The position numbers were made by a program, and so were the translations under genes. The notes below the pieces were generated by a model, which was not told the DNA's origin, did not search any database, and saw only the letters and a program-made list of their open reading frames with translations. Positions 47,075 to 56,358 of a stretch of DNA of 64,000 nt are shown here, in pieces. This DNA comes from an uncultured Candidatus Saccharibacteria bacterium (GTDB taxonomy: Bacteria; Patescibacteriota; JAQUNI01): NCBI GenBank assembly GCA_964555185.1, contig CAZKRD010000002.1:245268-309267 (forward strand), read 5' to 3'. How positions within the stretch are numbered: the stretch's first letter is position 1; every line of letters begins with the position of its first letter.

Positions 47075-48601
47075 CTAGGACATCTGTCCCAGTGTTTTTT
47101 CTCTTTTGTCTAAATCATCTAAGACTAAAGAAAATCCTCTGAAACTGTCTTCAGGTCTCCAGACGGGATTGCCTGCTATTCTAGGAATCCCATCCATAAT
47201 AAACTGAAACGGCTTGCCTCTCGCCAACTTCCCCCATTCGGCAATCACTCTACTATACAGATTGTTCTGAAATACTCTTTGTCTCAACCCAGGAACGCCT
47301 GCCAATATATGCCTAACGCTATGGTTGATAGAAAAAGCTCTACAGCAAGCGGCCTCGGCCTCTTCTTTAGTCATCATAGATAACTTCCTCACGAAGTGCG
47401 CGGTGTCATAGTTGTTCGGGTCCCAATCTACAATTTCACCATTACGCACCGCTTCATAGAAGTCAACTGTTTCAGGAAAAGGAACAACACGAAATAGAGC
47501 GACCAGATCAAAAAGCTGAGCCATCGCACGCGCCTCTTTGAGTATAGCGGGCGCACATTGGTCGGGGAATCCAACCATCCAGCCAGCATTAACAAGAATG
47601 CTATATCTATGGAACTCATCAACTATTAGGCGATATTGCTCTGGCTTATTGTGCGTTTTTCCCTCATCAGCCAGTCTTTGAGAATCCAATGTCTCAATCC
47701 CCAAAAAGACCTGCCTAACTCCCATTCGAGCAAGCGCAGAAACTTCTTTAATCACATCGGGAGTCGCATCTAGTTGAATGAAAAGATAAAATGTATCGCC
47801 CAGTTTTTCATTCAATCTGATGAGCTGTTCGGATAAGGTCCTATAAATGGGTGAACGCCGAAAATTATCATCCAGCAACATTATGGGCAAACCGACCCGA
47901 TGTGTTTTCTCTATCCATTCTAGAACGCCCTCGGGGTCTCTTGCTCTCGATCTAGTCATCTGACGACCACGCAAAGTAGTCACACAACAAAAAGAACAGT
48001 TGTGAGGACACCCTTCGGAAGTGTCGATGCCGGCAAGCCTATTAAGCGTTAAGCCATAGCCATCAGAAATCACATCTGGCACATCTGGCAGAGGCGCCTC
48101 TCTCAAATCGACATAATTCCTCTGCCAATACAAGATCTTTAGGCTGTTGTTGAGAGCATCTTCAATAATCTTGCCTACAGTTTCCTCGCCCTCTCCGACA
48201 TTAAAAGAAATTCCTTTGTCGCGAAGCAGCTCGTAAGTTTTATAATCCGCCAAAGTAACACCCGCCCCGCCAATCACGACATCCACACTGTCAAGGCGCT
48301 TCAGGTAAACAGCTATATCTATCGCCCTCGGCAGCTCAAAAGTTTTGGCGCTTATCAAAACCAATTTCTTGCCGCAATCGTTGCGTGCGATAATCTTCCT
48401 TAGGTATTCATCGCCATTCTCCGTCCTTTCATTAACACAAGTTATATTCACTTTACATTCTAGCCTTTCAGTTGCCTGAAGCAATAAAGATTTAAGAACT
48501 AAAAACACTGCCGGAGGCATTGATACTCTTCTATACTGCATCAATCTACCATTGTCCTCATAAGAAGACGCGGAAATAATCCAAACCCCCAAATCATTCA
48601 T
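47075..48601 (-). CDS. Cobalamin-binding radical SAM protein
   Basis: 'EGCPHNCSFCCV' CxxxCxxC cluster motif. N-terminal B12-binding-like Rossmann 'VVIGGAGVT'. Confidence 0.7.
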   Translation of the reverse strand: MNDLGVWIISASSYEDNGRLMQYRRVSMPPAVFLVLKSLLLQATERLECKVNITCVNERTENGDEYLRKIIARNDCGKKLVLISAKTFELPRAIDIAVYLKRLDSVDVVIGGAGVTLADYKTYELLRDKGISFNVGEGEETVGKIIEDALNNSLKILYWQRNYVDLREAPLPDVPDVISDGYGLTLNRLAGIDTSEGCPHNCSFCCVTTLRGRQMTRSRARDPEGVLEWIEKTHRVGLPIMLLDDNFRRSPIYRTLSEQLIRLNEKLGDTFYLFIQLDATPDVIKEVSALARMGVRQVFLGIETLDSQRLADEGKTHNKPEQYRLIVDEFHRYSILVNAGWMVGFPDQCAPAILKEARAMAQLFDLVALFRVVPFPETVDFYEAVRNGEIVDWDPNNYDTAHFVRKLSMMTKEEAEAACCRAFSINHSVRHILAGVPGLRQRVFQNNLYSRVIAEWGKLARGKPFQFIMDGIPRIAGNPVWRPEDSFRGFSLVLDDLDKREKTLGQMS

Positions 48602-48650
48602 CGTATCACCTCCATGATAATAGCGAAAATAAAGTACAGAGGAAAAATGG

Positions 48651-48677
48651 GAGAAAAGGTTCCTGACACCTTTTCTC
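48651..48677. repeat. REP-like hairpin (family C) GAGAAAAGGT-tcctgac-ACCTTTTCTC, solo copy
   Basis: Perfect 10-bp stem. The same unit flanks the IS200-like transposase in inverted orientation. Confidence 0.7.
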
Positions 48678-48691
48678 TATTTTGAATAACT

Positions 48692-49408
48692 TTATAGTTG
48701 TATTAGATATTTTATAAGATATTGTAAATAATAAATACCAGTAATTAAAAATACTGAAGCGACTGCGTATCTCATAACTTTTTCAACTTTTTGCACAATT
48801 CGAAAGGCCCGACTTACCTTTTGCATACTGAAAGCAATCAGAAACGAAAAAATAATTACAGGTAATCCTGTGCCAAGAGCAAATAATGGTGGGAGTAATA
48901 AACTTTCAGTTGACTTAAGAACCAAAGGGATCAAAACACCAAAAAACAAAACTCCGCTGTATGGACAGAAAGCCAAAGCAAACAAAACGCCTAAAAGCAA
49001 AGAGCCGATATAACCTTTTGAAGATAGCCATTCTTTTAATTTTTCTATTCTCTCGTTCTTTGATCCTATGTTAATCTTTATAACCCCGAACATCATCAAA
49101 CCGATCACAATTAAAATAGGCCCCAGAATTTTATCACCCCAGCCTTGAAAAATACTTGAAATCTGGAAAGATGATAAGCCAAAATATATTAAAGTGGCTA
49201 AAAGAGTGTAACTGATTCCTCGTCCAATCGTATAAAACAGGCCATTCAGTAATGTGTTTTTAGTAGTTTTAATCTCTTTAGAGATATAAGCTATGGCGGT
49301 GATATTGGTAGCCAAGGGGCAGGGGCTAATGGAAGTTAAAATACCGAGCAAAAAAGCGGTTAAAAGTGGAATATTGTAGTTATCTATTAGAACATTAATG
49401 AAATCCAT
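48692..49408 (-). CDS. CcdA/DsbD_2-like thiol-disulfide membrane transporter
   Basis: 6 TM helices with single Cys in TM1 ('SISPCPLAT') and TM4 ('FCPYSG'). Confidence 0.5.
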   Translation of the reverse strand: MDFINVLIDNYNIPLLTAFLLGILTSISPCPLATNITAIAYISKEIKTTKNTLLNGLFYTIGRGISYTLLATLIYFGLSSFQISSIFQGWGDKILGPILIVIGLMMFGVIKINIGSKNERIEKLKEWLSSKGYIGSLLLGVLFALAFCPYSGVLFFGVLIPLVLKSTESLLLPPLFALGTGLPVIIFSFLIAFSMQKVSRAFRIVQKVEKVMRYAVASVFLITGIYYLQYLIKYLIQL

Positions 49409-49409
49409 A

Positions 49410-49913
49410 TTATTTGCCCAACAACGAATTTAATTTATCTTCTAAATAGATTTTAAATTGGTTCTCGTTCCCTGCTAGCCGCCACACATTTGTATCTTGA
49501 CTAATATTATCTTGGTTGTTTCTGATGGCATTGATAAACAATGAGGAGCCGCTGGCTTTGAATTTTGCGGCCAACTCCCTATTTTCTGGCAATTCAACAT
49601 TTATTTCCTGAAAATCAACAGTTCCATTTTTGATCTCATCAGCGAAGTTATTCTCAATTGTTTCCTTTATATATTTGCCGATTGTCAGGCAGGAAGAACA
49701 CCTCTGTGTTCGGTGAAAATAATATACCTGCAATTTGTCAGCCGCTATATCTGTGTTGGCTATTGGAACATTGCTGTTGTTTTTATTTTGGCTTGCGCTG
49801 ATATCAGCCGTTTGATTGTCGCTTGGTTGTTGGTTTATAAACTTTTTACCGCACCCCACTAATACTAAAACACCAATGATTAGAATAGATATTAATAATG
49901 TTTTTTTGCTCAT
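49410..49913 (-). CDS. Lipoprotein with a CxxC motif (thioredoxin-like?)
   Basis: Lipobox 'LVGCG'. 'QRCSSCLTIGKY'. Confidence 0.4.
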   Translation of the reverse strand: MSKKTLLISILIIGVLVLVGCGKKFINQQPSDNQTADISASQNKNNSNVPIANTDIAADKLQVYYFHRTQRCSSCLTIGKYIKETIENNFADEIKNGTVDFQEINVELPENRELAAKFKASGSSLFINAIRNNQDNISQDTNVWRLAGNENQFKIYLEDKLNSLLGK

Positions 49914-49938
49914 AAGTTTTAATTTTGATTTATATTAT

Positions 49939-51051
49939 TTAAACCAATCTGCCGAAGATCAAACCGGCGATTGTTGAATAAAATATTACTAATAATACGT
50001 AAACAGCTGTTTTTTTATTGCCCAAAACGCGCCTGACTACCAGCATATTAGGCAAGCTCAACGAAGGTCCAGCCAGAAGCAGGGCCAAAGCAGGCCCTTG
50101 GCTCATACCTTTTGCAATTAAAGCCTGAAGTATTGGGATTTCCGTTAAGGTAGAAAAATACATAAAAGCACCAAAGATAGAAGCTACCAAATTGCCTATA
50201 ATAGAGTTTGATCCGACTATCTTTTGAATCAGTTCTTGGGGCAGGAATGGCATAATAAATCCAGCCACAAATACGCCGATAAAAAGAATTGGGAGGAGCA
50301 TTTTGGTAAAAGACCAAGTTTCTTTCATCCATTCCTTATTAGTTTGCTTTTGGAATTTAACAGTAGCAATAACAATCGCCACTAATGAGAGAACCACCAT
50401 TAATACATATTTGAGTATTTGATTGATCTGTAATCCATTAACGACCAAAACACTGACCATAGCCAACATAAATACTAAAATCGTGATTTTACCATACAGC
50501 GGTTGGTCAGATTTCTCGATAATTAACTCTCCGTCTTCTGTTTTTTCTCTAAATATCCCCTGCATACTAAGACCGACTAAAATAGAAAGAAAAATCGCTG
50601 AAACGATTCTAGCCAGTCCAATTTTTACGCCTAAAACTGACATTGTTAGAAATATGGCCGCGATATTTATTGCCGGGCCTGAAAAAAGAAAAGTAACAGC
50701 CGGGCCAAGTCCAGCCCCTCTTTTTCTAATGCCAGCAAACAAGGGTAAAATAGTGCAAGAACAAACCGCCAAAATAGCCCCTGAAACAGAAGCTAAAGAA
50801 TAAGAAATGACTTTTTTAGCTCGTCCGCCCAGATATTTCAAAACAAAATCTTTTTTAATAAAAACAGAAATCGCCCCAGCAATAAAAAACGCAGGCAAGA
50901 GACAGGTTAAAATATGATCTCTGGCATATTCATGAAGCAGTTTAACGCCTGAAAGAATAGCGCCCGTGAATAGAACCGACTGCATAGGCATAAAATAGAA
51001 AAACAAAAATAGCCCAAGTAACAGAATAAAAATTTTAATTTCTTTATTCAT
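49939..51051 (-). CDS. Permease (DUF318/YraQ-like)
   Basis: 8-10 TM helices. Conserved with ArsR/thioredoxin neighbours in many anaerobes (established operon architecture). Confidence 0.5.
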   Translation of the reverse strand: MNKEIKIFILLLGLFLFFYFMPMQSVLFTGAILSGVKLLHEYARDHILTCLLPAFFIAGAISVFIKKDFVLKYLGGRAKKVISYSLASVSGAILAVCSCTILPLFAGIRKRGAGLGPAVTFLFSGPAINIAAIFLTMSVLGVKIGLARIVSAIFLSILVGLSMQGIFREKTEDGELIIEKSDQPLYGKITILVFMLAMVSVLVVNGLQINQILKYVLMVVLSLVAIVIATVKFQKQTNKEWMKETWSFTKMLLPILFIGVFVAGFIMPFLPQELIQKIVGSNSIIGNLVASIFGAFMYFSTLTEIPILQALIAKGMSQGPALALLLAGPSLSLPNMLVVRRVLGNKKTAVYVLLVIFYSTIAGLIFGRLV

Positions 51052-51137
51052 AAAACTACATAATCATCAATAGATATTGATATTATGGTTAAAATTTTAT
51101 CTCTGCCGCAAAAACAGAGATAAAGTATGGTTAACTT

Positions 51138-51371
51138 TTATTTAAGCCAGCCCTTGATTTCTTCCACATCAGGAATTCGACCCGACGCTTTGACTTCTTG
51201 ATCAATCACAATGGCAGGTGTTGACATAACTCCATATTCAGTAATTTTAGCAATGTCATGTTCATGTTCAATTTTAATATCCTTTAAACCAAGTTCTTCG
51301 ACGGCCTTTTTAGCGTTGTTTTCTAATGTCTGACAATTAGGGCAGCCAGAGCCCAAAATTTTGATAATCAT
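51138..51371 (-). CDS. Thioredoxin-fold 'redox-active disulfide protein 2'
   Basis: 'KILGSGCPNCQTL' CxxC. 77 aa. Confidence 0.65.
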   Translation of the reverse strand: MIIKILGSGCPNCQTLENNAKKAVEELGLKDIKIEHEHDIAKITEYGVMSTPAIVIDQEVKASGRIPDVEEIKGWLK

Positions 51372-51375
51372 AGCT

Positions 51376-51681
51376 TTACTTTAAAAACTTGTTTAATAAC
51401 TTTAAATGTTTTTCTACGACCATTTGATTCAACTTATAAAAAATCTTCAAACTTTCTTTTCTTGAAGAAATTAAATCAAAATCTTTCAAGACCTTTAAAT
51501 GATGGGAAACAAGATTCTGTGGAAGTTCCAAATATTGCCATATATCACAAACGCATTTTTCGCCGTTTCTCAAAATACAAATAATTTTTAACCGATTTTG
51601 TTCAGCAATGATTTTTAAAAACTCGGCGGTTTTTAACAATTCATCAGCGAACTTCTTATTTTTACAACATTTTGGCTTCAT
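51376..51681 (-). CDS. ArsR/SmtB-family metalloregulator
   Basis: 'CVCDIWQYLELPQNLVSHHLKVLKDFDLI' HTH with an upstream Cys pair. Confidence 0.7.
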   Translation of the reverse strand: MKPKCCKNKKFADELLKTAEFLKIIAEQNRLKIICILRNGEKCVCDIWQYLELPQNLVSHHLKVLKDFDLISSRKESLKIFYKLNQMVVEKHLKLLNKFLK

Positions 51682-51757
51682 ATTATTTCATCAATTATGA
51701 TTAGTATAGTTTATATTGATATAATATAAAATTATTAAAAGATTATCAAGAGGCTTA

Positions 51758-51787
51758 GAGAAAAAGGTGTCAGGAACCTTTTCTGGG
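51758..51787. repeat. REP-like hairpin (family C), inverted orientation, at the 3' flank of the transposase
   Basis: AGAAAAAGGT-gtcagga-ACCTTTTCT. Overlaps the tnpA stop codon. Confidence 0.65.
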
Positions 51788-52444
51788 CCTACCCCGCTGT
51801 CTTAGGGTTGTTTCAAGACCAAACTTTTTGACCGTTTCATTCATCCAATGGTCGTCGCCATAAGGACGGCTTTTTGAGATTGACGTCCTAATGCATTCCA
51901 ACTCCTTTCCGACTAGAGAATCATTCACTTGCTTCCAATAATCATACGGAAGTTCAATTGGCCAGGGAGATAGAAGTTCTTTTTGTTTATTGTCCCCATA
52001 CTCTCTTCTCCAAAGACTAGACCACTTCCAGTCTTCCGCCCTTTGGACTAGTTTAGCACGTAAGGTATTGCTTTCAATATAACGGCAAAGTTGTAAGAAA
52101 TAATTATCTTTCTGAATTAGAAATGATTTATACCTGCCTTGATATAGATGACCAGTGCCCATTGAACGATAAGAAGCATGCCAGCGTTGAGTGTGGGTAA
52201 GCGTTAACCATTGTATAAACCTCGTCATATCGCCATCATTTTTAGGGCATAAACAAAAATGCCAATGATTAGGCATTATTTGATAGGAAAATATTTGTAT
52301 TGGATAATGATCTTTTGCTTCTTCTAGGATCGTTTCAAAAACTTGATAATCATTCTCTTTCTCAAAGAGTACCATACGGGCATTGGCACGATTTAAGACG
52401 TGATAAATCTCATTGCCTATGTTTATACGTGACACTCTTCCCAT
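51770..52444 (-). mobile_element. tnpA: IS200/IS605-family Y1 (HuH) transposase, REP-associated (RAYT-like)
   Basis: 'YHVLNRAN' N-terminal motif. HuH 'MPNHWHFCL'. Catalytic Tyr 'GHLYQGRYKS'. Flanked by inverted family-C hairpins. Confidence 0.75.
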
Positions 52445-52462
52445 ACGAGTATTATATCACAA

Positions 52463-52498
52463 TAAAAGGTTCCTGACACCTTTTCTCCCACCTTTTCT
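52463..52498. repeat. REP-like hairpin (family C) at the 5' flank of the transposase, plus a CCTTTTCTCC reiteration
   Basis: AAAAGGT-tcctgac-ACCTTTTCTC, then CCACCTTTTCTCCCCC. Confidence 0.65.
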
Positions 52499-52529
52499 CC
52501 CCCTTATTTCGCTTTAAATAGTTAAGGAA

Positions 52530-52745
52530 TTATTCAATTTCGGTTTCGATATCTTTTTTAATCTCTTCAAACTCATTTTCAATCTTTTTTAACCTATCTT
52601 TGCTTTGTTTGATTAGTAGAGCAGCTTTTTTGATTTTCACTAAACCATCTTCAACATCTAATTCTTGCTGGTTTTCAAACCAATTTGATATTTCTGCCAA
52701 TTCTTTTAAAAGAGGTTTAAGATTTGTTTTTTTCATATTTTTCAA
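52530..52745 (-). CDS. xseB: Exodeoxyribonuclease VII small subunit
   Basis: 71-aa helical protein ('LKELAEISNWFENQQELDVEDGLVKIKKAALLIKQ'). Overlaps the 3' end of xseA. Confidence 0.6.
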   Translation of the reverse strand: MKNMKKTNLKPLLKELAEISNWFENQQELDVEDGLVKIKKAALLIKQSKDRLKKIENEFEEIKKDIETEIE

Positions 52746-53970
52746 TTATTTTTGAATTTATTTTTCCGTCCTTTAATTGCAAATTAACTATTTCATTAAT
52801 TTTAACTTGTTTAACACTTTTTATTACACCCTTTTGCCCCCGCATTATACAATAACCCAGAGAGAAATTCTTTTGGGGGTCGTTGGCTTTAATTGTTTTT
52901 TCGATAAAAACCAACCGCTGTTTGATATCCAACAATCCTTCTTTAAATCTTTTTAAGACTGTATCTCTTCCTTGCTCTATCTCTTTTTTCTTGTCTTTTA
53001 AATACTGGTGTAATTGTTCTAAATTCTTTTTTAATTCAGATTCAAATGCATAAAAAGAAGCAAAGATTTTATTCAAATAAGAGGCCATACTCACAAATCT
53101 TTGGGAAAACTCTTTATTTTTTTTCTGCAATATTCCTTGAAAAGAATTAATAATCGTTCTTTCTTGTCTTTCTATACTCAAGGAGGCCTTTTCCCAGTTA
53201 GAAGAAACTAATTTAGCCGCAGCCGTAGGTGTGGAGCAGGTAGCATCACTAGCCAAAGAAACCAGAGGAACATCTCTTTCATGCCCAATAGCTGCTATAA
53301 CTGGAAAGGGTAAACTGGTCACCTTCCTAACAATGCTTTCGTTATTGAAAGCCTGCAAGCTTTCCAATGATCCTCCCCCTCTAGTAAGAACTAATAAATC
53401 AATATCTTTTTTCTCAAAACTTTTAATTGCTGAAAGAATATCTTTCACAGCCTCCATGCCTTCAACTCTAGCATCTATAAACTGAATTTTAAAGCCAAAC
53501 TTTCCTAGGTTGGCGCGGAAATCTCCAATAGCCGCGCCTGACTTTGAAGTGATTAGCCCTATTTTTTGAGAATATATTGGAAGGGGTTTCTTTTTTTCAA
53601 ATATACCCTCCTTCCGCAAGGATTCTTTCAGTTTGAGATACGCTTTTCTTAATTCTCCTTCTCCTTGTAAAGAAACGCTCTCTGCTTTAAAGCTAAATCT
53701 GCCCTGTGGTTTATAAATATTCCCTACTCCTAATAGTACTACTTTCATGCCTTTTTCCAATTTAACCCCTGAAATACTGTAGTTATACTTCCAAATGATA
53801 CAGTCCAAAACACTTTCCTCAGCGTCCTTAATTGTGAAGTAAACATGACCACTAGTTGGAATATTTACTTGGGTAACTTCCCCAGTGACTTTCACTTTAA
53901 AACGATCTAAGGCTGTATTTACAGTCCCGATGTATTCAGTAACAGTGAATATTTTTTCAGGATTTTCCAT
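52717..53970 (-). CDS. xseA: Exodeoxyribonuclease VII large subunit
   Basis: N-terminal OB-fold 'FTVTEYIGTVNTALDRF...VKVTGEVTQVNIPTSGHVYFTIKD'. Length 417 aa. Confidence 0.75.
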   Translation of the reverse strand: MENPEKIFTVTEYIGTVNTALDRFKVKVTGEVTQVNIPTSGHVYFTIKDAEESVLDCIIWKYNYSISGVKLEKGMKVVLLGVGNIYKPQGRFSFKAESVSLQGEGELRKAYLKLKESLRKEGIFEKKKPLPIYSQKIGLITSKSGAAIGDFRANLGKFGFKIQFIDARVEGMEAVKDILSAIKSFEKKDIDLLVLTRGGGSLESLQAFNNESIVRKVTSLPFPVIAAIGHERDVPLVSLASDATCSTPTAAAKLVSSNWEKASLSIERQERTIINSFQGILQKKNKEFSQRFVSMASYLNKIFASFYAFESELKKNLEQLHQYLKDKKKEIEQGRDTVLKRFKEGLLDIKQRLVFIEKTIKANDPQKNFSLGYCIMRGQKGVIKSVKQVKINEIVNLQLKDGKINSKIIEKYEKNKS

Positions 53971-54031
53971 ATTTCAGTTTTCCTGGCGAGTTTTTAACGA
54001 GTTTATGACGCGTCACGGTCGCCCTTGAGTG

Positions 54032-54102
54032 CTGCCGGGCCAGGGATCGAACCTGGATCAGAGGAGTCAAAGTCCTCGGTGTTACCATTACACCACCCGG
54101 CA
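54032..54102 (-). tRNA. tRNA-Gln (anticodon TTG)
   Basis: Manual fold: U1:A72 acceptor UGCCGGG/CCCGGCA (typical of bacterial tRNA-Gln), D-arm GUGU-AAUGGUA-ACAC, anticodon loop CUUUGAC, T-loop UUCGAUC, discriminator G. Confidence 0.8.
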
Positions 54103-54153
54103 TTATTTATAAAATTAATTCTTTAATCCATTAACTCGTTAATTCGCAAATGA

Positions 54154-55665
54154 TTATTTAACCACCTCTCCGCCAAAGACTTCTAGGGCTTCGCGGGTTA
54201 AGTGGTTTTCTTGTTTCTGCTCTTCTTCTTGAACCTTCTTACACTGAACCCGCCATTTACCACCCAAAACATTATCTAAAACCCCTTCTATGGTTCTCCT
54301 GTTCGCGTCTTGAGAGACAATATTTTTATGAAAATCACGCGGGAAGCCCAAGATCAAAGCGCCGTTTTGAACCGCGATTGGGCGACACAGCTTTAAAAAA
54401 GCGCAAAGAGAATAATTCAAGGGCTGAACCGCTCCGATCACATCGCCCCATTTTTCCTTAACCCTGCCTAAGTCAGCAGGCACAATTTTGCAAGTAATTT
54501 CACTTATCGCTTCCTTAGCTGTAACTCTCTCTTCTTTTGCTTCCTCTTTTTTTTCTTGAGGTATCCCGCAATAATCTATAATACAAAGCTCTAAAGGTAA
54601 TTGAGCGATCGCGGAGCTGGTTAAGTCATTTTTCGCTGAAACAAAAAGCTTGATCAGATAAGCCAATTCTTTTAGAGAAAACTTTAGGGTCAAACTTGAT
54701 AATTCTTCTTTTTGATTTTCAGAAAAATTCACTCCTCCATAGTCAACTAAATCAAGGTTGACTCTAGCCAGCATTATCCTCCGTAAATAATCTATCGCGT
54801 ATTCGGTAAAATTCCGCAAATCGTGGCCCTGGGTCATGAGCTTGTTAACCAACTTGATCGCTCTCGCGCTTTCTTTCTTGGCGAGTAAATTGACAAACTC
54901 AAAAATTAAATTCCAATCTACGGCTCCTAAAAAATCAGAAACATTCTCTACCTTAATCTCTTTGCGCGGCCAAACCAGAATCTGACCAAGTAAACTCTCG
55001 GCATCCCGGATCGCGCCATCAGCTTTGGCCGCAATCAGCCTTAAAATTTCGCCGTCAACCTTCCGCTTCTCCAGTTTCAAAAGCCTCTTGAGTCTATGGG
55101 TAATCTGATCAACGGTCAACTTCTTAAAATCAAAACGTTGACAGCGAGAAAGGATCGTCGGCAGAACTTTGTGAACCTCTGTTGTCGCTAAAATAAAAAG
55201 GGTATGAGCAGGCGGCTCTTCCAGGGTTTTTAAGAGGGCGTTGAACGCCTCTTTGGTCAGCATATGAACCTCATCAATAATCAAAACTTTATGGGCTGCT
55301 TTTCTGGGCGCGAAACGAACGTTCTCCCGTAACGACCGAATCTCATCAATCCCTCGGTTCGAAGCGGCATCAATCTCAATTAAATCTAGGGAGCTCCCCG
55401 CCACAATCTCCTGACAGCTGACACAGCGGTTGCAGGGCTCTATCTTGCCTTGACGGCGTTCCCGCGCGTCTTTTTTGCTGAGGCAATTTACGGCCTTAGC
55501 CAAAAGCCGGGCGACGGTTGTTTTCCCGGTCCCGCGAGGCCCGGCAAAAATATAGGCATGGGCAACCTTATCCAGAGCGAGCTCATTCTTTAGGGTTTTT
55601 ACAACATGCTCCTGTCCCTCCATCTCGGAGAACTTCTGGGGTCTGTATTTACGGTATAGGGTCAT
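54154..55665 (-). CDS. dnaX: DNA polymerase III subunit gamma/tau
   Basis: 'LYRKYRPQKFSEMEGQEHV' start. Walker A 'GPRGTGKTT'. Zn-module 'CNRCVSCQEI'. SRC motif 'LSRCQRFDF'. Confidence 0.9.
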   Translation of the reverse strand: MTLYRKYRPQKFSEMEGQEHVVKTLKNELALDKVAHAYIFAGPRGTGKTTVARLLAKAVNCLSKKDARERRQGKIEPCNRCVSCQEIVAGSSLDLIEIDAASNRGIDEIRSLRENVRFAPRKAAHKVLIIDEVHMLTKEAFNALLKTLEEPPAHTLFILATTEVHKVLPTILSRCQRFDFKKLTVDQITHRLKRLLKLEKRKVDGEILRLIAAKADGAIRDAESLLGQILVWPRKEIKVENVSDFLGAVDWNLIFEFVNLLAKKESARAIKLVNKLMTQGHDLRNFTEYAIDYLRRIMLARVNLDLVDYGGVNFSENQKEELSSLTLKFSLKELAYLIKLFVSAKNDLTSSAIAQLPLELCIIDYCGIPQEKKEEAKEERVTAKEAISEITCKIVPADLGRVKEKWGDVIGAVQPLNYSLCAFLKLCRPIAVQNGALILGFPRDFHKNIVSQDANRRTIEGVLDNVLGGKWRVQCKKVQEEEQKQENHLTREALEVFGGEVVK

Positions 55666-55705
55666 CTTATTTTACGATTAATTTCTTTTTATTGATTACC
55701 TTGAT

Positions 55706-55762
55706 TTCGGGCGGGTCACACCTGTCCGCCAAAGCCTTAGTAAAGGAGGGATCCGCCCCTAC
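55706..55762. repeat. GC-rich repeat (family B): GGGCGGGTCACACCTGTCCGCCAAAGCC...GGGATCCGCCCCTAC
   Basis: Shares CTGTCCGCC and GCCAAAGCC cores with 20830-20880. Confidence 0.45.
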
Positions 55763-55765
55763 TTA

Positions 55766-56224
55766 TTATTTCTTTTTATTAAAAACAATAAACTTGTAAC
55801 CGGCAAAATTCCAAATCAGAGAAATGGCGGTAGCCAATATCTTAATTCCATTGGCCCATAATGGCGGGGAAAGGTCGAAAAGCGGATTAACAAAAGTTGT
55901 GCCTAAATAAACAATACTGCTGTTAATCCCGAGGCCGATCGCGGTGACAATAATAAATTGGACATATTGGAAACCAGCCCGCTCTCCGTCTTTGGACTTA
56001 AAAGTCCAAAAACGGTTCCAGAAAAAGCTGTTGGTGGAAGCGATCATAAAGGAAATGCCATTAAAGACAAGGATCGGCCAGCCGGCATAAATCTTAAAAA
56101 TCCACATCTCCAAATTGATAACGCCAAAATCCAAAGCCGTATTAAATCCGCCGATAAGAGCGAACTTTAAAAACTGACCAATCACCGGATACTTCTCTAA
56201 AAGCTTTTTGTTTTCTTTTTGCAT
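55766..56224 (-). CDS. GtrA-family membrane protein
   Basis: 'FLKFALIGGFNTALDFGVINL' GtrA signature. 4 TM. Confidence 0.65.
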   Translation of the reverse strand: MQKENKKLLEKYPVIGQFLKFALIGGFNTALDFGVINLEMWIFKIYAGWPILVFNGISFMIASTNSFFWNRFWTFKSKDGERAGFQYVQFIIVTAIGLGINSSIVYLGTTFVNPLFDLSPPLWANGIKILATAISLIWNFAGYKFIVFNKKK

Positions 56225-56358
56225 GATTTTTTTAAATAATAAATAACCTATTCATCATTCATGATTCTAAACAAATTGTAACAAAAAAAAAGAATCCTGA
56301 CAATTCGGAACTTCTGCTGTTGCTGATTTCAGTATTATTTGAGCGAAGTCTGGCAATC

